Counted from the whole stretch's first letter, positions 13,635-26,141 are shown. The stretch: 63,235 nucleotides of DNA, filler included, from Reticulomyxa filosa (GCA_000512085.1; 19 parts of 19 records of this genome joined end to end with filler, not necessarily neighbours in it); one strand, 5' to 3'. Translations and numbers: made by a program. Notes: generated by a model from the letters alone, not told the origin.

Positions 13635-14175
13635 CTACTTTGTGTCGGTACTGTTTGGACAACAGATTACCTTGACAGATCCCTTAGACCATAGATTCAT
13701 ATTTGACGAGCTCCATTCACGAACACTAGGCGGAAACGTTTTCTGTAGGTTATCATTCCACGTTTCTGTCATCCCACGAACTGCGCCAGAGTGATCTTTA
13801 TAGTAGCAATTTTGGATAACCTTGGGTCCCTTGGCATCCAATAATATTTTTCCTTGAAAATTAGGGAGTTCATAAATAATAACCCTTGTGTTAGGATCGA
13901 TAGCAATTCCATCAAATGTACCGGACGCAGCTTTTGGAAAGGCCTGAGAATTGATTGGATATTCTCCTTGGCCAACATATTCACTATAACAGTCAACTTG
14001 ATATGGCAGTGCATTACCCATGAAAAGTATTAGATCAGTAAAGTAAGCACCGCAATTGGACATGACTGGTCCTTTTGTTGTGAAATTGATATTTGAAGGA
14101 ATAGTCGACCAGTCTTTCCTATTGAAACTTGCTAACTCTTTCATAGCCTCGTCATTTTTTATATTTTCAAAATAC
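13635..14175 (-). CDS. C-terminal part of an unknown protein with a beta/gamma-crystallin-like motif (5' partial)
   Basis: Open frame up to the contig edge. 'GIAIDPNTRVIIYELPNFQGK' and the terminal 'GSVKV' resemble Greek-key crystallin motifs. Confidence 0.55.
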
Positions 14176-14956
14176 NNNNNNNNNNNNNNNNNNNNNNNNN
14201 NNNNNNNNNNNNNNNNNNNTTAATTAATTAANNNNNNNNNNNNNNNNNNNNNNNNNNNNNNNNNNNNNNNNNNNNTTCAGTGTTTTTGTCCTTTGAATGG
14301 CTTGAGCGTTTCTCACCAGAGCCATTCTGTATTGCTGCCGAAAAGGCAGTTAATTCTATTTTGTTGTTCTCAATTGCTTCTGTCGTCAAGGGATTATTGT
14401 CTGCACTTTTTTTCCACTCACTTAATCAAAAAGGGACTGAAAGTTTTACTTATTTAACAACTTTAAGCAAGTAGATCATACTATTTTGTTGTATTGAGAT
14501 TACTTTTGATTCTTATTGTGACTTTTTTTAATTATAGTATTGTTTTATTTAGTTATTCAAGTTTTTTAATAATTTAAAAAAGTGTAATGTATGTACACTT
14601 GAATAGTACATCGATATATATAAATTAACTGTTACAAAATTGAAAATATAAAAAGCAATCTATATGCTTTCTTATTGACAGTATACTTTTTGACTTCTAA
14701 TAGTTAAGAGAATATGTGATTGTTATATTGAAAAAAATAGTAATATATGATATGGCTTAGTGAGTAAGTATATTATAAACATATTATTGTACTATATAAA
14801 CTTATATTTGTGTATAATTAGATTGTCATTACATATAACCAGCATTTATGTATATTTGTTAATATTACAAATACAATAAGTTAAAAAAAACTGTCATATT
14901 GTGAAGATGATTTTCTAAATAAAAACCAAACATTTAAACATAGTTTTCTTAAATGT

Positions 14957-15171
14957 TGTGGGACGTCTGCTACTGACCAGAGGCTTTACTAAATGTAATA
15001 CGAAAAGTTTTAATCAAAAGAGATCTGTTTTCGATAAAACAAAAGTAAAAGAAAGATGAATAACACAATAAAAAAAAGAAAACAAACAAAAGTTATTGTA
15101 GAATTTTAACCCACTGGGAGCCCCTAAACTCTTTCAGAGTTCAGTAATCTATAGTAGTGACTTGCCCTACA
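14957..15171 (-). mobile_element. 215-bp TGT...ACA element with 4-bp TSD ATGT (same family as 9645-9869)
   Basis: On the minus strand it begins TGTAGGGCAAGTCACTACTAT and ends CCCACA. ATGT lies at 14953-14956 and 15172-15175. It shares the core CTAAATGTAATACGAAAAG with the 9645 copy. Confidence 0.8.
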
Positions 15172-16149
15172 ATGTATACTAGTACAGTAGTTTTTAAATG
15201 TGAAATCAGTCTTTTAATAACTTTTTTTTTAATGTTGAATAAAAGTATATTTTTCAATATGTTTTTAAAATTTTCCAAGAATGCATATAAATCGAACTGT
15301 ATTCGCACCACGAAACTTTTAATTCTTTTGTTCCTTTAGGAATCTTCAGTTAACGTATAATTTTAAAAATCAACTTGCAAAAAAAAAGAAAACAAAACAG
15401 TGAAACCACATTATTTACAAAGTTTCAACAAAAAAGAGTTTATTTACACTCTTGTTCGTTGTTATGTTTCATTTTTTTTAATGATACATAGCCACGAATA
15501 CTTCATGTCAAAAAAAAACAATAAATGAAATAATGTAATTTACATGAATAGTGTCAATGTTTATACTATCGACATTATGACTTGTGTCAGTGGGGCTGTC
15601 AACAGCAATTTCATTGAAATTTTCAAATAAAACATAATTGTCATCAGTTCGACTAGTTTCTATGACTATCTTTTTTTCTTTTTTTTTTTGTAAATACAAT
15701 AAAAAAAGTATCTGTGATGAAAACAGAAAAAAACAGCAAACAGGAAAAGGTTTTGGGCTATCGATTTTGAAAAGTATGAATATCGATATAATCAGAAAGT
15801 AAGCAATTGTCTTGAATCCATTTGACTAAGTAATTGCCAATACACAATATCCATTGATCTAACAAGACTGTTGGAATAACACTGTGGTTATCAGTTCATT
15901 ACATCGCAGCACTGTATAAGGAATTTTCATACTAGTCAAATTTTCAATTATGCGAATTCTATTTTCAAACATTGTGTTATTTGATATATTTAAAGCAATA
16001 ATAATAATGATAAATGACAATAATTACAACAAATAATAAGAATATTGATATTATTAATATTCTTATTAGAATGAACCATTGTTTACTAATATGACAACAA
16101 GCAAGAAAGTAAAAAAGTAAACTGCAACAAAAGTGTCAAATTCAAAATC

Positions 16150-17116
16150 GACAGTGTATTTTTATTTCCGATTATTCGTTTCTGCTGTTGAAAGAACATA
16201 TATTTGCGATTGGATTTGGCATAAATCGCCAAGGATTTGGTCTGCGTCTCGTAACGTCTTAACAATTTGATTCATGGTAGGGGGGATAAAAGCAAATCAG
16301 TTCAAAAGCTTTGTAAGTGTTCGTCACAATGCTGAATGATTTTCTTCGATGGAAAAACTATTCCTCAATCCTGGTGGGGCCGTTGCTATTATTTGCATCA
16401 TCGCTCTCATTCGCACCAGCCATTTCACTTTGTTTTCCGCCGCGGACCGCGATAGGTTTAAGAATGTTGGCGTCCAATGTCCTTCAATTATAAAATTTAT
16501 TTCGTTTATATGAATAAAATATGTAAATTCATATTTGTATTTATTTGCATATTTTTATTATTATGTCATATGTGTATAAATGTAAATATTTTTTTGTTTG
16601 TTTGATTAAAAAAAAAGAAAAAAGGGGGTCATACTGGTGATAAAAAAAAACAAACTTTGTTTTGCAATTCCGAAAGACCGCACAAAGATTGTAACTGCTT
16701 TATGTAATTACTTCGTTTTCGAACGTGTTTTGGCACATCTTCTGTTGCGCTTAAATTCACGATGTCTCTTTTTTGTTTTCTTCTTCTTTTTCACTATATT
16801 TTTTTATTTGCTTCTTGTTCGATTCCGACAGATGTTTGTATTTCGATATGGATTGGTCGACTACGAACATAATGTAGCTTTTTTTTTTGAAAAGGAGATG
16901 AAGCAAATTTACATATACATATAATATATATATGTATATACCTTACTCAAATATGTTTTATTTTCCTTCAAATAACAACAATTTGGGAAATATTACAAAC
17001 ACAAAACTTGCGATACAACGCCACGTGGTGGCTCGTCTTCGTTTGAAGGAAGATAATACCCTACTGCCAATTGTCTGTACGCAAACAAACCAGAACACCA
17101 CTTTCTAGTCTCGATC
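16150..17116 (-). pseudogene. Degenerate paralog of the F-box gene at 41145-41580
   Basis: 16930-17116 aligns by eye with 41135-41332 (e.g. CCACGTGGTGGCTCGTCTTCGTTTGAAGGAAGATAATAC is identical) but has frame-breaking deletions. The downstream exon-like segments contain stops. Confidence 0.7.
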
Positions 17117-17216
17117 NNNNNNNNNNNNNNNNNNNNNNNNNNNNNNNNNNNNNNNNNNNNTTAATTAATTAANNNNNNNNNNNNNNNNNNNNNNNNNNNN
17201 NNNNNNNNNNNNNNNN

Positions 17217-19806
17217 GGAAGAATGGACACGAAATGGAAACTTAATCTTGTCACAATCACATCAATTGTATCTCTGGCAAAAAATTGATGATTCTTGGAA
17301 GTGGTCCAACGAGTAAAGATTTGCCAAAAGATTTGTTTTTGGAGTCTCAATGAGTCATACTTTTGAATGTATACCAATAAATCTATCATGGATTATTTGT
17401 TTCAAAAAATGACAAAACTTGTAGAGAAAAAAAAGAAGATAATTAACTTTGCATTTGTCTATTGGTGTATCGATCATAGAAATTGATCAATGATAATGAT
17501 TCTGCTATCATTCGAGGAGAAATAGGCATATTCAAAGACTGATTAGTAAGTACAACTATAAATTCGTTGTTCATAATTTGTTTTATGTTGTTCATATGAG
17601 TGTTATTTCCATACACTCCAATGAACGGATTGAAAGAATTATTGTATAATGTCCTTGGACGCAATAACTTGAATACATTGCTCATCTTTAGTTTCTCAAA
17701 CAGAGGAAATTTTATACCAACATCCGATAGCGCGAATATAATTTCAATCCAGTGAATCCCTTTCCACACATAAAGTTGTTTTAAAAACCACACATGCAAA
17801 GCATATTCACACTGTCCGTAACAACTGCTAAAATTCAACAATAATTGGCTCATTTTTTCCAAGGAGATGAACATACTCTGCTTTTTCTCAAGTGTTAGCA
17901 GGTCAATACCCTCATTAATCATAATAGAGATAAGTTTGGTGATACTCACTTTCATTTTTGAAATTTTTACAATGTGACCAAGACTAGAGGTATTATTTTT
18001 ATCATATAACCGCCTCCAAGTCTTGCTCTCTTCACGTATTTCTTCCTTCAAAAGTATCAATTCCAAACAACGATTCAACCGTATTGCTTCGTCTGAATAC
18101 AAAACAAGATTATTATTCAAATATCCATGTGACATTATTTCTTTCAAAATTTGCATTTTGGGAATGAGTTTATTTCCAATCTTGGAATTCAATTTTTGCA
18201 AAATTGAAATATATACCTTATGTTTATCTACATTATCCTCAATTATTTCCACACGTTTGATTGTGCTGAGTAAATCTTGAATGAAATCAGAATCTTTTTG
18301 TTTGGAGGCATTTCGATGAGTGAAATAACCTTGGAGAACATGATCAATTGATGTTTCATTTTCCAAAAAACCATGTTCAATCAAATGTTTTTCTTCATCT
18401 ATAAACTCTTCTGTCCCTAAATATATAACCCCAAGACGTTGAATTTCAATTTTTCGAGCATTTGCCAATAACATGTCCACAATATTCGTATTGTCATTTT
18501 GTAAGTGTTGAAGTAAGAAATTGAAAAGAATTGAAATCGAAGTAGGAAAAAATAGTACACTCTCACTTGTGGTATAACTTTCCTTTAATGGAATCGACTC
18601 CCAAAGAGATAGAGTCATTTGTACCAGCCATTGTCCAGGTTGGTTTTCAGGTACATCATCTTTCACATGTGCAAGTTTGGAACAGATAGAGATCAAATAT
18701 GCATAATGGAAAATGATGTGATGAAAATGATGTATGGTCACTTCAATCGTGGCAATAGTCAATTTGCCACACAATAACAATGCCATAGACACAATCACAT
18801 TTCGTAGAACGGTTTGTTGATTTGCCGTGTGCAAATACCATGAAAATTCAAATCGAACCAAATCCATTGCATATTCATGAGTTACTTTCAGAGAATAATC
18901 CACTTCCCAATCTGTTAACTTGTCATTTCCAATTGGTATTTGTTCTAACATTGTTGCATGTAAACTTGGATCATTGTTTGGTGCTTTGAAATTTGTCGAG
19001 AGTTGTCGTTGACACCACGAATGAATAGAATAACTAAATGGAAAAGAACATTGCAAATAATTTTGAATTGAATACAGTTGAGGATTAATTACAGCCAACA
19101 ACAAGTGATTGGTGTCAATATTTACTGGTTTCATTCTGACCAATACTTCATTTTGCAGTGCCCTTTCAAATAATTGTTGATATTTTTCGTACTTCCTTTC
19201 ACCTCTCTTTGTTTTGCTTTCAACATATTTCTTTGGATTATTGTTTATGTATTGTATATGTTATAATAGTGACATAAACAAAAATAAAAAAATGAAAAAC
19301 GTACAAAACTGCAAAACCACCATTTTGATAAATGGTGAACAATACATTGACAAAAGTCAAAGTTAACAAAGTATCAATGATATCCTGATATCTTTCGAAA
19401 AAAGGTCCTTCCATCCTTTTTTTTCCTCTTTCTTCTAAATTGCATAAGATATTTTCAATTGATAGTTGCTGTGCAGCTTGCAACAAGAGTCTTTTTACTC
19501 GATTTTCAAGTATCCTCTCACACTCTCTGAAATTATCATTTTCAAAAAACAATAACAATAACTTTTTTTCTTCCAAAAAATCCATAGAACGTGGAAAGTA
19601 CAATCTCCCAAAAGCTTTACATGCGCATTCGAATAAATTCTACAAAAAAAACAAGTGTTATCGATCACGCATTTAAAACAAATGTGTAAAATATATTTAC
19701 CTTTTTGAGCTTTCTTCCGATTACGCTTGTCACTGGTTTTTTCAAATCTTTCTGCAATGATATTGTGTCCGTTGATAATAAATAATCGACATAAAAAATC
19801 TTCCAT
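17217..19806 (-). CDS. Internal fragment of a very large helical protein, probably RNF213-like
   Basis: A 566-aa exon plus flanking exons. 'LQCSFPFSYSI' and 'WFLKQLYVWKG' resemble segments of RNF213-like proteins. No AAA or RING domain is present in the fragment. Confidence 0.45.
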
Positions 19807-20020
19807 TTCCTTTTTTAAAAAAAGAGGGACTCCATGTTTGTTTNNNNNNNNNNNNNNNNNNNNNNNNNNNNNNNNNNNNNNNNNNNNTTAATTAATTAAN
19901 NNNNNNNNNNNNNNNNNNNNNNNNNNNNNNNNNNNNNNNNNNNTTTTTTTTTTTTTTTTCCCCACTTTTTTTTTTTTTTTTTTTTTTGTCCCAACTCTTT
20001 TTTTTTTTTACGGTGTACAG

Positions 20021-20950
20021 AAATTATTTCAACCATTGACCATGCTGTCCTATAATACCGAGGGTTCCTTTCTCAGTGGATTTGTGATGTATATAGCACC
20101 CAAACCCTTTTACACAAATTTTAGTGGTTTGAAAAACCTTAAACCTAAACATACTGATGTGTATGAAGGCAAAACAGTGTTAGTCGAGGATGCGACAACG
20201 ATATTGGATTTTGTGACAAACAGTGAAGATGACAATATTGATTATTTCAATGTGAAATTGTGGGAAGATCCAATTAGTATGCCTACTTTTATTCGAGTAA
20301 AAGTTCCTTTCACATATAATACTTCTTCTCGTGAGTCAAAATCAATTGGCTCCAACATATGCCCAGAGGATAATATTATTGGTTACAGAGCTGTGTTTCG
20401 TTATCGCAAACAATTACCAATCAAATATAGTCTACTGGAATTTGTTGTGAAAGATCCAAAACCTGTTTTGAAAAGATTGAAAGAGCTGAACATGTCTGCT
20501 TATGTATTGCCGGTGTTATGCTTAAAGAGTGCATTATCCAAGGTGATCAAATATTGGATGCGCACATACACTGATTTCATTGACAACAACAGTAGATGTT
20601 GTATTTCAACCTCCGCTATTTGTTTGGATTTAATTCTTGATTTTTATGGATTTGCTAAAAATCAAAAGAATAAATATTCATTTCTTACTATTGAAACAAT
20701 AACTCCGTATGACTCAACCAAATCTATGCTCCACTTATTTTCGGTTCCACCGCCATCTGAAATATCAGACACTCCAGAACATCCTTTTGAAGAATCAGAT
20801 CTTACATCAACAGAAAAGCAATCTTATACAAAACAAAAGCGAGAAAAATTTGTCGAAAAACCCTATCAAACTCGCTATTTTCATGGAAAATCAAAAAATA
20901 TAAAACTGAGAACAAATAAAACCTACACACGAATGAGACTGCGCATTTGA
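20021..20950 (+). CDS. Hypothetical protein, terminal exon (5' partial)
   Basis: A 304-codon ORF of normal composition in an AT-rich background, preceded by a T-tract and CAG acceptor ending at 20020. No family recognised. Confidence 0.6.
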   Translation, partial: KLFQPLTMLSYNTEGSFLSGFVMYIAPKPFYTNFSGLKNLKPKHTDVYEGKTVLVEDATTILDFVTNSEDDNIDYFNVKLWEDPISMPTFIRVKVPFTYNTSSRESKSIGSNICPEDNIIGYRAVFRYRKQLPIKYSLLEFVVKDPKPVLKRLKELNMSAYVLPVLCLKSALSKVIKYWMRTYTDFIDNNSRCCISTSAICLDLILDFYGFAKNQKNKYSFLTIETITPYDSTKSMLHLFSVPPPSEISDTPEHPFEESDLTSTEKQSYTKQKREKFVEKPYQTRYFHGKSKNIKLRTNKTYTRMRLRI

Positions 20951-21240
20951 AATTGGCACTGCCGCCTAAATTTCATATTTTTGCGTAAAAAATGTTTAAA
21001 AAAATAAGCAGTTAATTCATGTGCTAAGCGCAATATGAAATTGTGGAAAAAATTTGTAAACAACTTGGTTATAAACAATATCAGAAGTTAATTAATAAAA
21101 TTTTTTTAAAAATAATTGTAATGTCAAGATGAACAAGCTTAAATCACACTTAAACTAAAAAGACTAATTTTACATATAGTTTCTATCAATATAATTTAAC
21201 TAATCAATTATGTATTCGTAATATATAAATTTTCAACTAC

Positions 21241-21289
21241 TGTATGTTGCAAAGAAAACTGAGCGCCTAAAACATATCTTATGATGATA
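21241..21289 (+). repeat. End of a dispersed repeat at a contig break (copy 1)
   Basis: GTTGCAAAGAAAACTGAGCGCCTAAAACATATCTTATGATGA, nearly identical to 23698-23740. Confidence 0.85.
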
Positions 21290-21389
21290 NNNNNNNNNNN
21301 NNNNNNNNNNNNNNNNNNNNNNNNNNNNNNNNNTTAATTAATTAANNNNNNNNNNNNNNNNNNNNNNNNNNNNNNNNNNNNNNNNNNNN

Positions 21390-21420
<31 letters not shown>

Positions 21421-21422
<2 letters not shown>

Positions 21423-22272
21423 AAAACGAAACAGCAGTAATTTGACTGTATCTTTTTTGTGGGTGCAAAGTATAATAAATAGGTATCGCGTTGAATTGAC
21501 TACTCCAGCTCCATGTCATATTAGGTAATCCCAAAAAAAAAGAGGTCGTGTAAGAAAAAAAGGGTGAGCCCGAGTTGGTGGTGTGATTGGTAATATTGTT
21601 TTTATTTGTGCGATATGCGTAAATGGTGTTGGCAACCAGAGAGAATAGACAAAATAATGTGCAAAGTACGCTCAAATAAGAGAGCTTCTCCAATTTGGAA
21701 ATGTTTCGTACCAAAACCCAAGGGAAAATCAAAATCAAACCACACATCACATCAAATGCACGCTCTTGACAAAACTGATAGCGCTTTTCATTATGCGTCC
21801 ATTCTTGCAATATTTGTGGTAAAAAATCTGCAAAGAGTTGCAAAATATTTATTATAAAACTCCAATTCCCAATTAACACTAGACATTCCGTTATCAATAA
21901 ACCCTTTTTTCCTAAGAGCTTGTATGCCAGATTTCGAGTTGTTGACACTGATGCGCGCTCTGCAGCACGGCATAACATTTCGTAACTCGCATAGGTCAGA
22001 TAGGCTATCAAAATACTCAGCAATAAGAAATTAAATGTTCCCAGTTTGCTACAAGCATATATTGTACCCAACATTCCCAAACATCCTCCCAGTGCTGAGT
22101 TTGTCATGTTGAATACAGGGCCTATGATACTCCCTTTGTTCACCTGGCCTTTCTCCGCTTTCGCATTAGAAAGGGAGAACGTTGAATTTGGAAAGATGGT
22201 CAATGATTTACCATTTATTGGGCCACTAGGGGCACCAATAAAAGACGAAGATGGCAAATCGTTTTGCAACAT
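21421..22272 (-). CDS. Amino-acid transporter, Aa_trans/SLC38-like (3' partial)
   Basis: 'GSIIGPVFNMTNSALGGCLGML' TM1 signature, multiple transmembrane helices, 'RNISKLEKLSYLS' and 'WSSQFNAIPIYYTL'. Confidence 0.85.
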
Positions 22273-22558
22273 GTATTATTTCTAAGTTGGAGATTTTTCG
22301 AGAACAGTTTGCACAAAAATTATACCGGCCACAAAAATTTTGTGCTTGCTCCAACAAATTTATTGTAAATTTTTGATAAATGAGCGGAAGTTGCTGTATA
22401 AAACTCAAGAAATGGTAAATTGTATTTGCAGCAGAAGTCTATCTACGCATAGTAATGTGCACAATGGGATAATAATTAGCCGCAAAAAAAGAAGCAAAAG
22501 CTTTGCAAAAATTTGGAATCGTTTTGGGTTGTGAAAAAATTCAAGAGGTAAATACTAC

Positions 22559-22790
22559 TGTAGGGCAAGTCCCTATTATAAGTATCTGAACGTCAAGGGA
22601 ACGGAGGAATCCCCAGTAAGTTAAACTTCCTCAACAACCTGCTTCTTACTTTTGTGGGTTTTCCTGCTGCTGAAAGAGGTGCGCAAACTGTAATACGAAA
22701 GGTTTTCGCTCTTTTGACCAATTTAAAACAAAAGATTAATGATTTAAATAAAAGAGAAAATAAACAACAAGATTACTTGGATTTTTGTGC
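22559..22790 (+). mobile_element. Two truncated, oppositely oriented pieces of the TGT...ACA element family
   Basis: 22559-22652 matches the left part of 9645-9733 (TGTAGGGCAAGTCCCTATTATAAG...GGAACGGAGGAATC). From 22653 (TGTGGG...TGTAATACGAAAGGTTTT) the sequence matches the right end in reverse orientation. Confidence 0.7.
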
Positions 22791-23692
22791 TGCCTTAAGA
22801 AAGTCTGTCATTACTCTTGTTTAAATCATATTTTTAAGCTTTCTTTGTGATAAGCAAATTTTCAAATAAATAATCGTTGTTGTATTTTTTAAATTGTTTA
22901 TACAAGTTCAGTAAAGTATTATTTAATATTTCTAGATGGCGTAAATAATATAGTTTTTTATTTAAAGAAATTATATTTAATCAAATAAAGACTGCATCAA
23001 TTCAAAAAAACCACAAAATAAATAACATAAAATTTCTAAGTTGTGAGCAAAGTTCTGAGCTTCCATTTTTTTGTTGTTGTCGTTGCTACTTCTTTTGTTT
23101 TAGTTTGTATTCTAGATTTCATTTCTTTATTGACTAGACAATAAAGAAAGAAAAGTTAAATTTGTTTGTTTTTTTTAATCTTTTCGACTTTGTTACTTCG
23201 GACCTGGGCCGAATTTAATTGTTATATGAATAATATTAATAAAAAAAATTCTTTTGTTTGATAATAGAATGTGTGCCTTTCTATAATAAAATAACTTCTT
23301 ATTGTGATAGAATGGGATGAATGATGCTCATCGGTCGCATTGTCTTGTATATCATTATATATGCAATGACACAATGCTTTGCTATATTTTTGATAGCAAT
23401 ATTAACAATATAGTTGGTCTTGAAATGATCAAGCTCACTATAATGTAGCAGAGATTTGTGCTAGAGTACAAATGTCAATTTTTTTAAAAATTTTATTTAC
23501 TTTATTATAAAAAAACATCAAACACATTGACATACTTTATGTAGTTATTGTTTGTGTCTAATGTGAAATTGTTATTCCGTTAGGCTTAATCAGTGCAATT
23601 GTGACAATTATCGATTATGAAGATGCAATGTCGATTAGTGTTGGCATTGGAGTAAGATTATGTCATTAGTGATTGCAATGACAATTTATTAC

Positions 23693-23740
23693 AGTAGGTT
23701 GCAAAGAAAACTGAACGCCTAAAACGATATCTTATGATGA
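23693..23740 (+). repeat. End of a dispersed repeat at a contig break (copy 2)
   Basis: GTTGCAAAGAAAACTGAACGCCTAAAACGATATCTTATGATGA, matching 21246-21287. Confidence 0.85.
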
Positions 23741-23851
23741 NNNNNNNNNNNNNNNNNNNNNNNNNNNNNNNNNNNNNNNNNNNNTTAATTAATTAANNNN
23801 NNNNNNNNNNNNNNNNNNNNNNNNNNNNNNNNNNNNNNNNAAAAAAAAAAA

Positions 23852-23885
<34 letters not shown>

Positions 23886-23888
<3 letters not shown>

Positions 23889-25521
23889 AACGAGATAGTG
23901 TGGTGGAAAAGATTACCAACGCGTTCCAAAAATGCCAAGAAAAAAGCAATACTGCATCGTTAGATTAATACATTTATTTGTTTGTTTTTTGACAAAGATG
24001 TGGTTGATTGTGTATGTATGTGTGTGTATGTGGCGGACAAAAGTCCTCAACAAAAGATGGAATATCTCCAAATGGCCAAGACAGAAACACATTTGCCGTT
24101 GGAGTCATCTCGATCAAGCACGGAACACTCTGTGTCGTCACAACCCGACGTCGACGGCCGTGTCAACGCCAAACTCAATTCCCACTCTCTTCAACTTCCA
24201 GTTTTGCAGTTGTTGTCGTTTTTTTTTTTTTTAATTTACACTTTCGCTTAAGTGAGGGCATCAAAGTAAGTACATAAATCAAACATACCGAAAAGAGGGG
24301 GCGGGGGGGGGATGGCGTGTATGTATGTTATTTTGGATAGTTGGGACATATTCGAGAGGACTCTTGTTAAGTGTTTTTGTAAACTTTATAATTTTTTTGT
24401 AATAACAATCAAATGGGGGGGGGGGGGGGATTTTTTTAAATTTCTTTAGCAATTGACGAAGAAGTGGCTGATCAAAACACTTCGAATGGAATGAAAAATG
24501 GCGAGATGCTCAACTCAGATGTGCCATCCAAACAACTACCGAAAAAGCTTGTTATCAATGTCGCCATAAACAGTGATAATGTATTTTGTGTTACTTATTT
24601 TTGCTTTGTTATCAAATAAGGAGGCACGAGATTGACTCAAAGAGAGGGGCGGAGGAAAAAACAAACAAATACGTATACATCAAAAATGGCTAGAACTCGG
24701 AGGAGAAAGAAATGGAATCACCAGTGCCAAAGAAAAATCCTGGGGGTAATCGAGGTGGACTTGTGTCCACACCTCAACCAAGAGTTGTTGGTAGCAAGAA
24801 AATACATTATTCAACTCAAAGACAAGGACAAGATCACGTTCCTTTACGCCAAGCTAGCAGTAACAACAGCAACAGCAACAGCACCTTCAGTATAACTGTC
24901 TCGAGCAAAGAAGATGATGATTTTGATGACTATGAAGAAAGGGAAGGAGAGAGAGGAGGAGATGACGAAGGAGAGATAGATGACAGCCACAATGAAGGAA
25001 AACGTAGTGTGGACAGAGACAAAATGATAACGGATTTGAAACAAACCGTCCAAGATTTACAAGAACGGTTGCATAAAAAAGACGATCACATCAAAACATT
25101 GGAATTAAGTAATAATAGCATTCGCAATACGTTGCTAATGACCAAGCATCAATATTTCAAATTGCAACAAGATTATGGTACATTGAATACACAGATGGAT
25201 CACAATCGCACTCAGTCTTTGGGTTCCGTAAACCTTTCTTTTTGTTGTGCAAGAAAGAACGAGAGAAAGAGAGAGAGACAAGTACAACATAAATAATTCC
25301 CTTTTCTTCTTTCTTATCCTCCTATATCACCACTTGTTTGAATAGCGCCGCTATCCCCTGAAGCTATCACTCAATCATCAAACTTGCCTACGTTGAAACA
25401 TATGTCATCTCAAAAGAATCCAATCGAACGAGAAAAGTTACAAAAAAAATCTCGAGTGGCACCACCGACATTGCAGCGCTCAATGACTCAAGTGTCTTAT
25501 CCGTCGATGTTTAAGAGGTAA
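23886..25521 (+). CDS. Hypothetical multi-exon low-complexity/coiled-coil protein (5' partial)
   Basis: Exon-like ORFs separated by GT-AG introns. Coiled coil 'MITDLKQTVQDLQERLHKKDDHIKTLELSN'. Probable stop at 25519-25521. Confidence 0.55.
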
Positions 25522-26141
25522 ATTAGTCATTAACGGTTGAACAAATGCATAGATAAATGCTCAATTCAATAATTTAAAAGAAGACAAACAAACGTTTTCT
25601 TTCACTGAGAATTTTTGTTTTATTGTTTATTTTTGCCCTTAATCCGTAGTGTCGCTTTTAATCGTCATTTTATGTGCCTTTTATTTTTTTTTCATATTTT
25701 CTGGTTTGTTTGTTTTGTTGGAAATCTAAGAGGAACATTTGTTGATCGTGGCTGTACTGTATTTTTGTAAGTGCAATTAAGTGGTCATCATTTTTAGTGA
25801 TGTTTTTATTTATGGCTTCCATTGTTATTTTTTCTTCGGTTGTGGTTGTGCAAAAATGTTTGACATTCTTACTTTTTTTTTTTTTTTTTTGTTCTTATAT
25901 TTTTTTCTACAACAATAATATTTTGGAACAATACGCAAATTGCCATACGGGACCTTATCTCATATTTCAAGAAAATAAAATAATTACGTCGGTTCATTTT
26001 TTTTGTTGGTCGTTCTGTAAAGCTTCAGTGGATTATTACCAAAGTAGAATCAATGAAAAGTGTATAAACCAAAAAGATAGAAACTGAGAAGATTGATGAA
26101 GGAAAAAAGAAGTTTGAAATTGTGTATTCCTCCCACTGATT

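Noticed and set aside
21257-21289. Box C/D snoRNA (CTGA, ATGATGA)
   Set aside because: The boxes are in the wrong order and the sequence is cut by the contig end. A repeat terminus is the simpler explanation.
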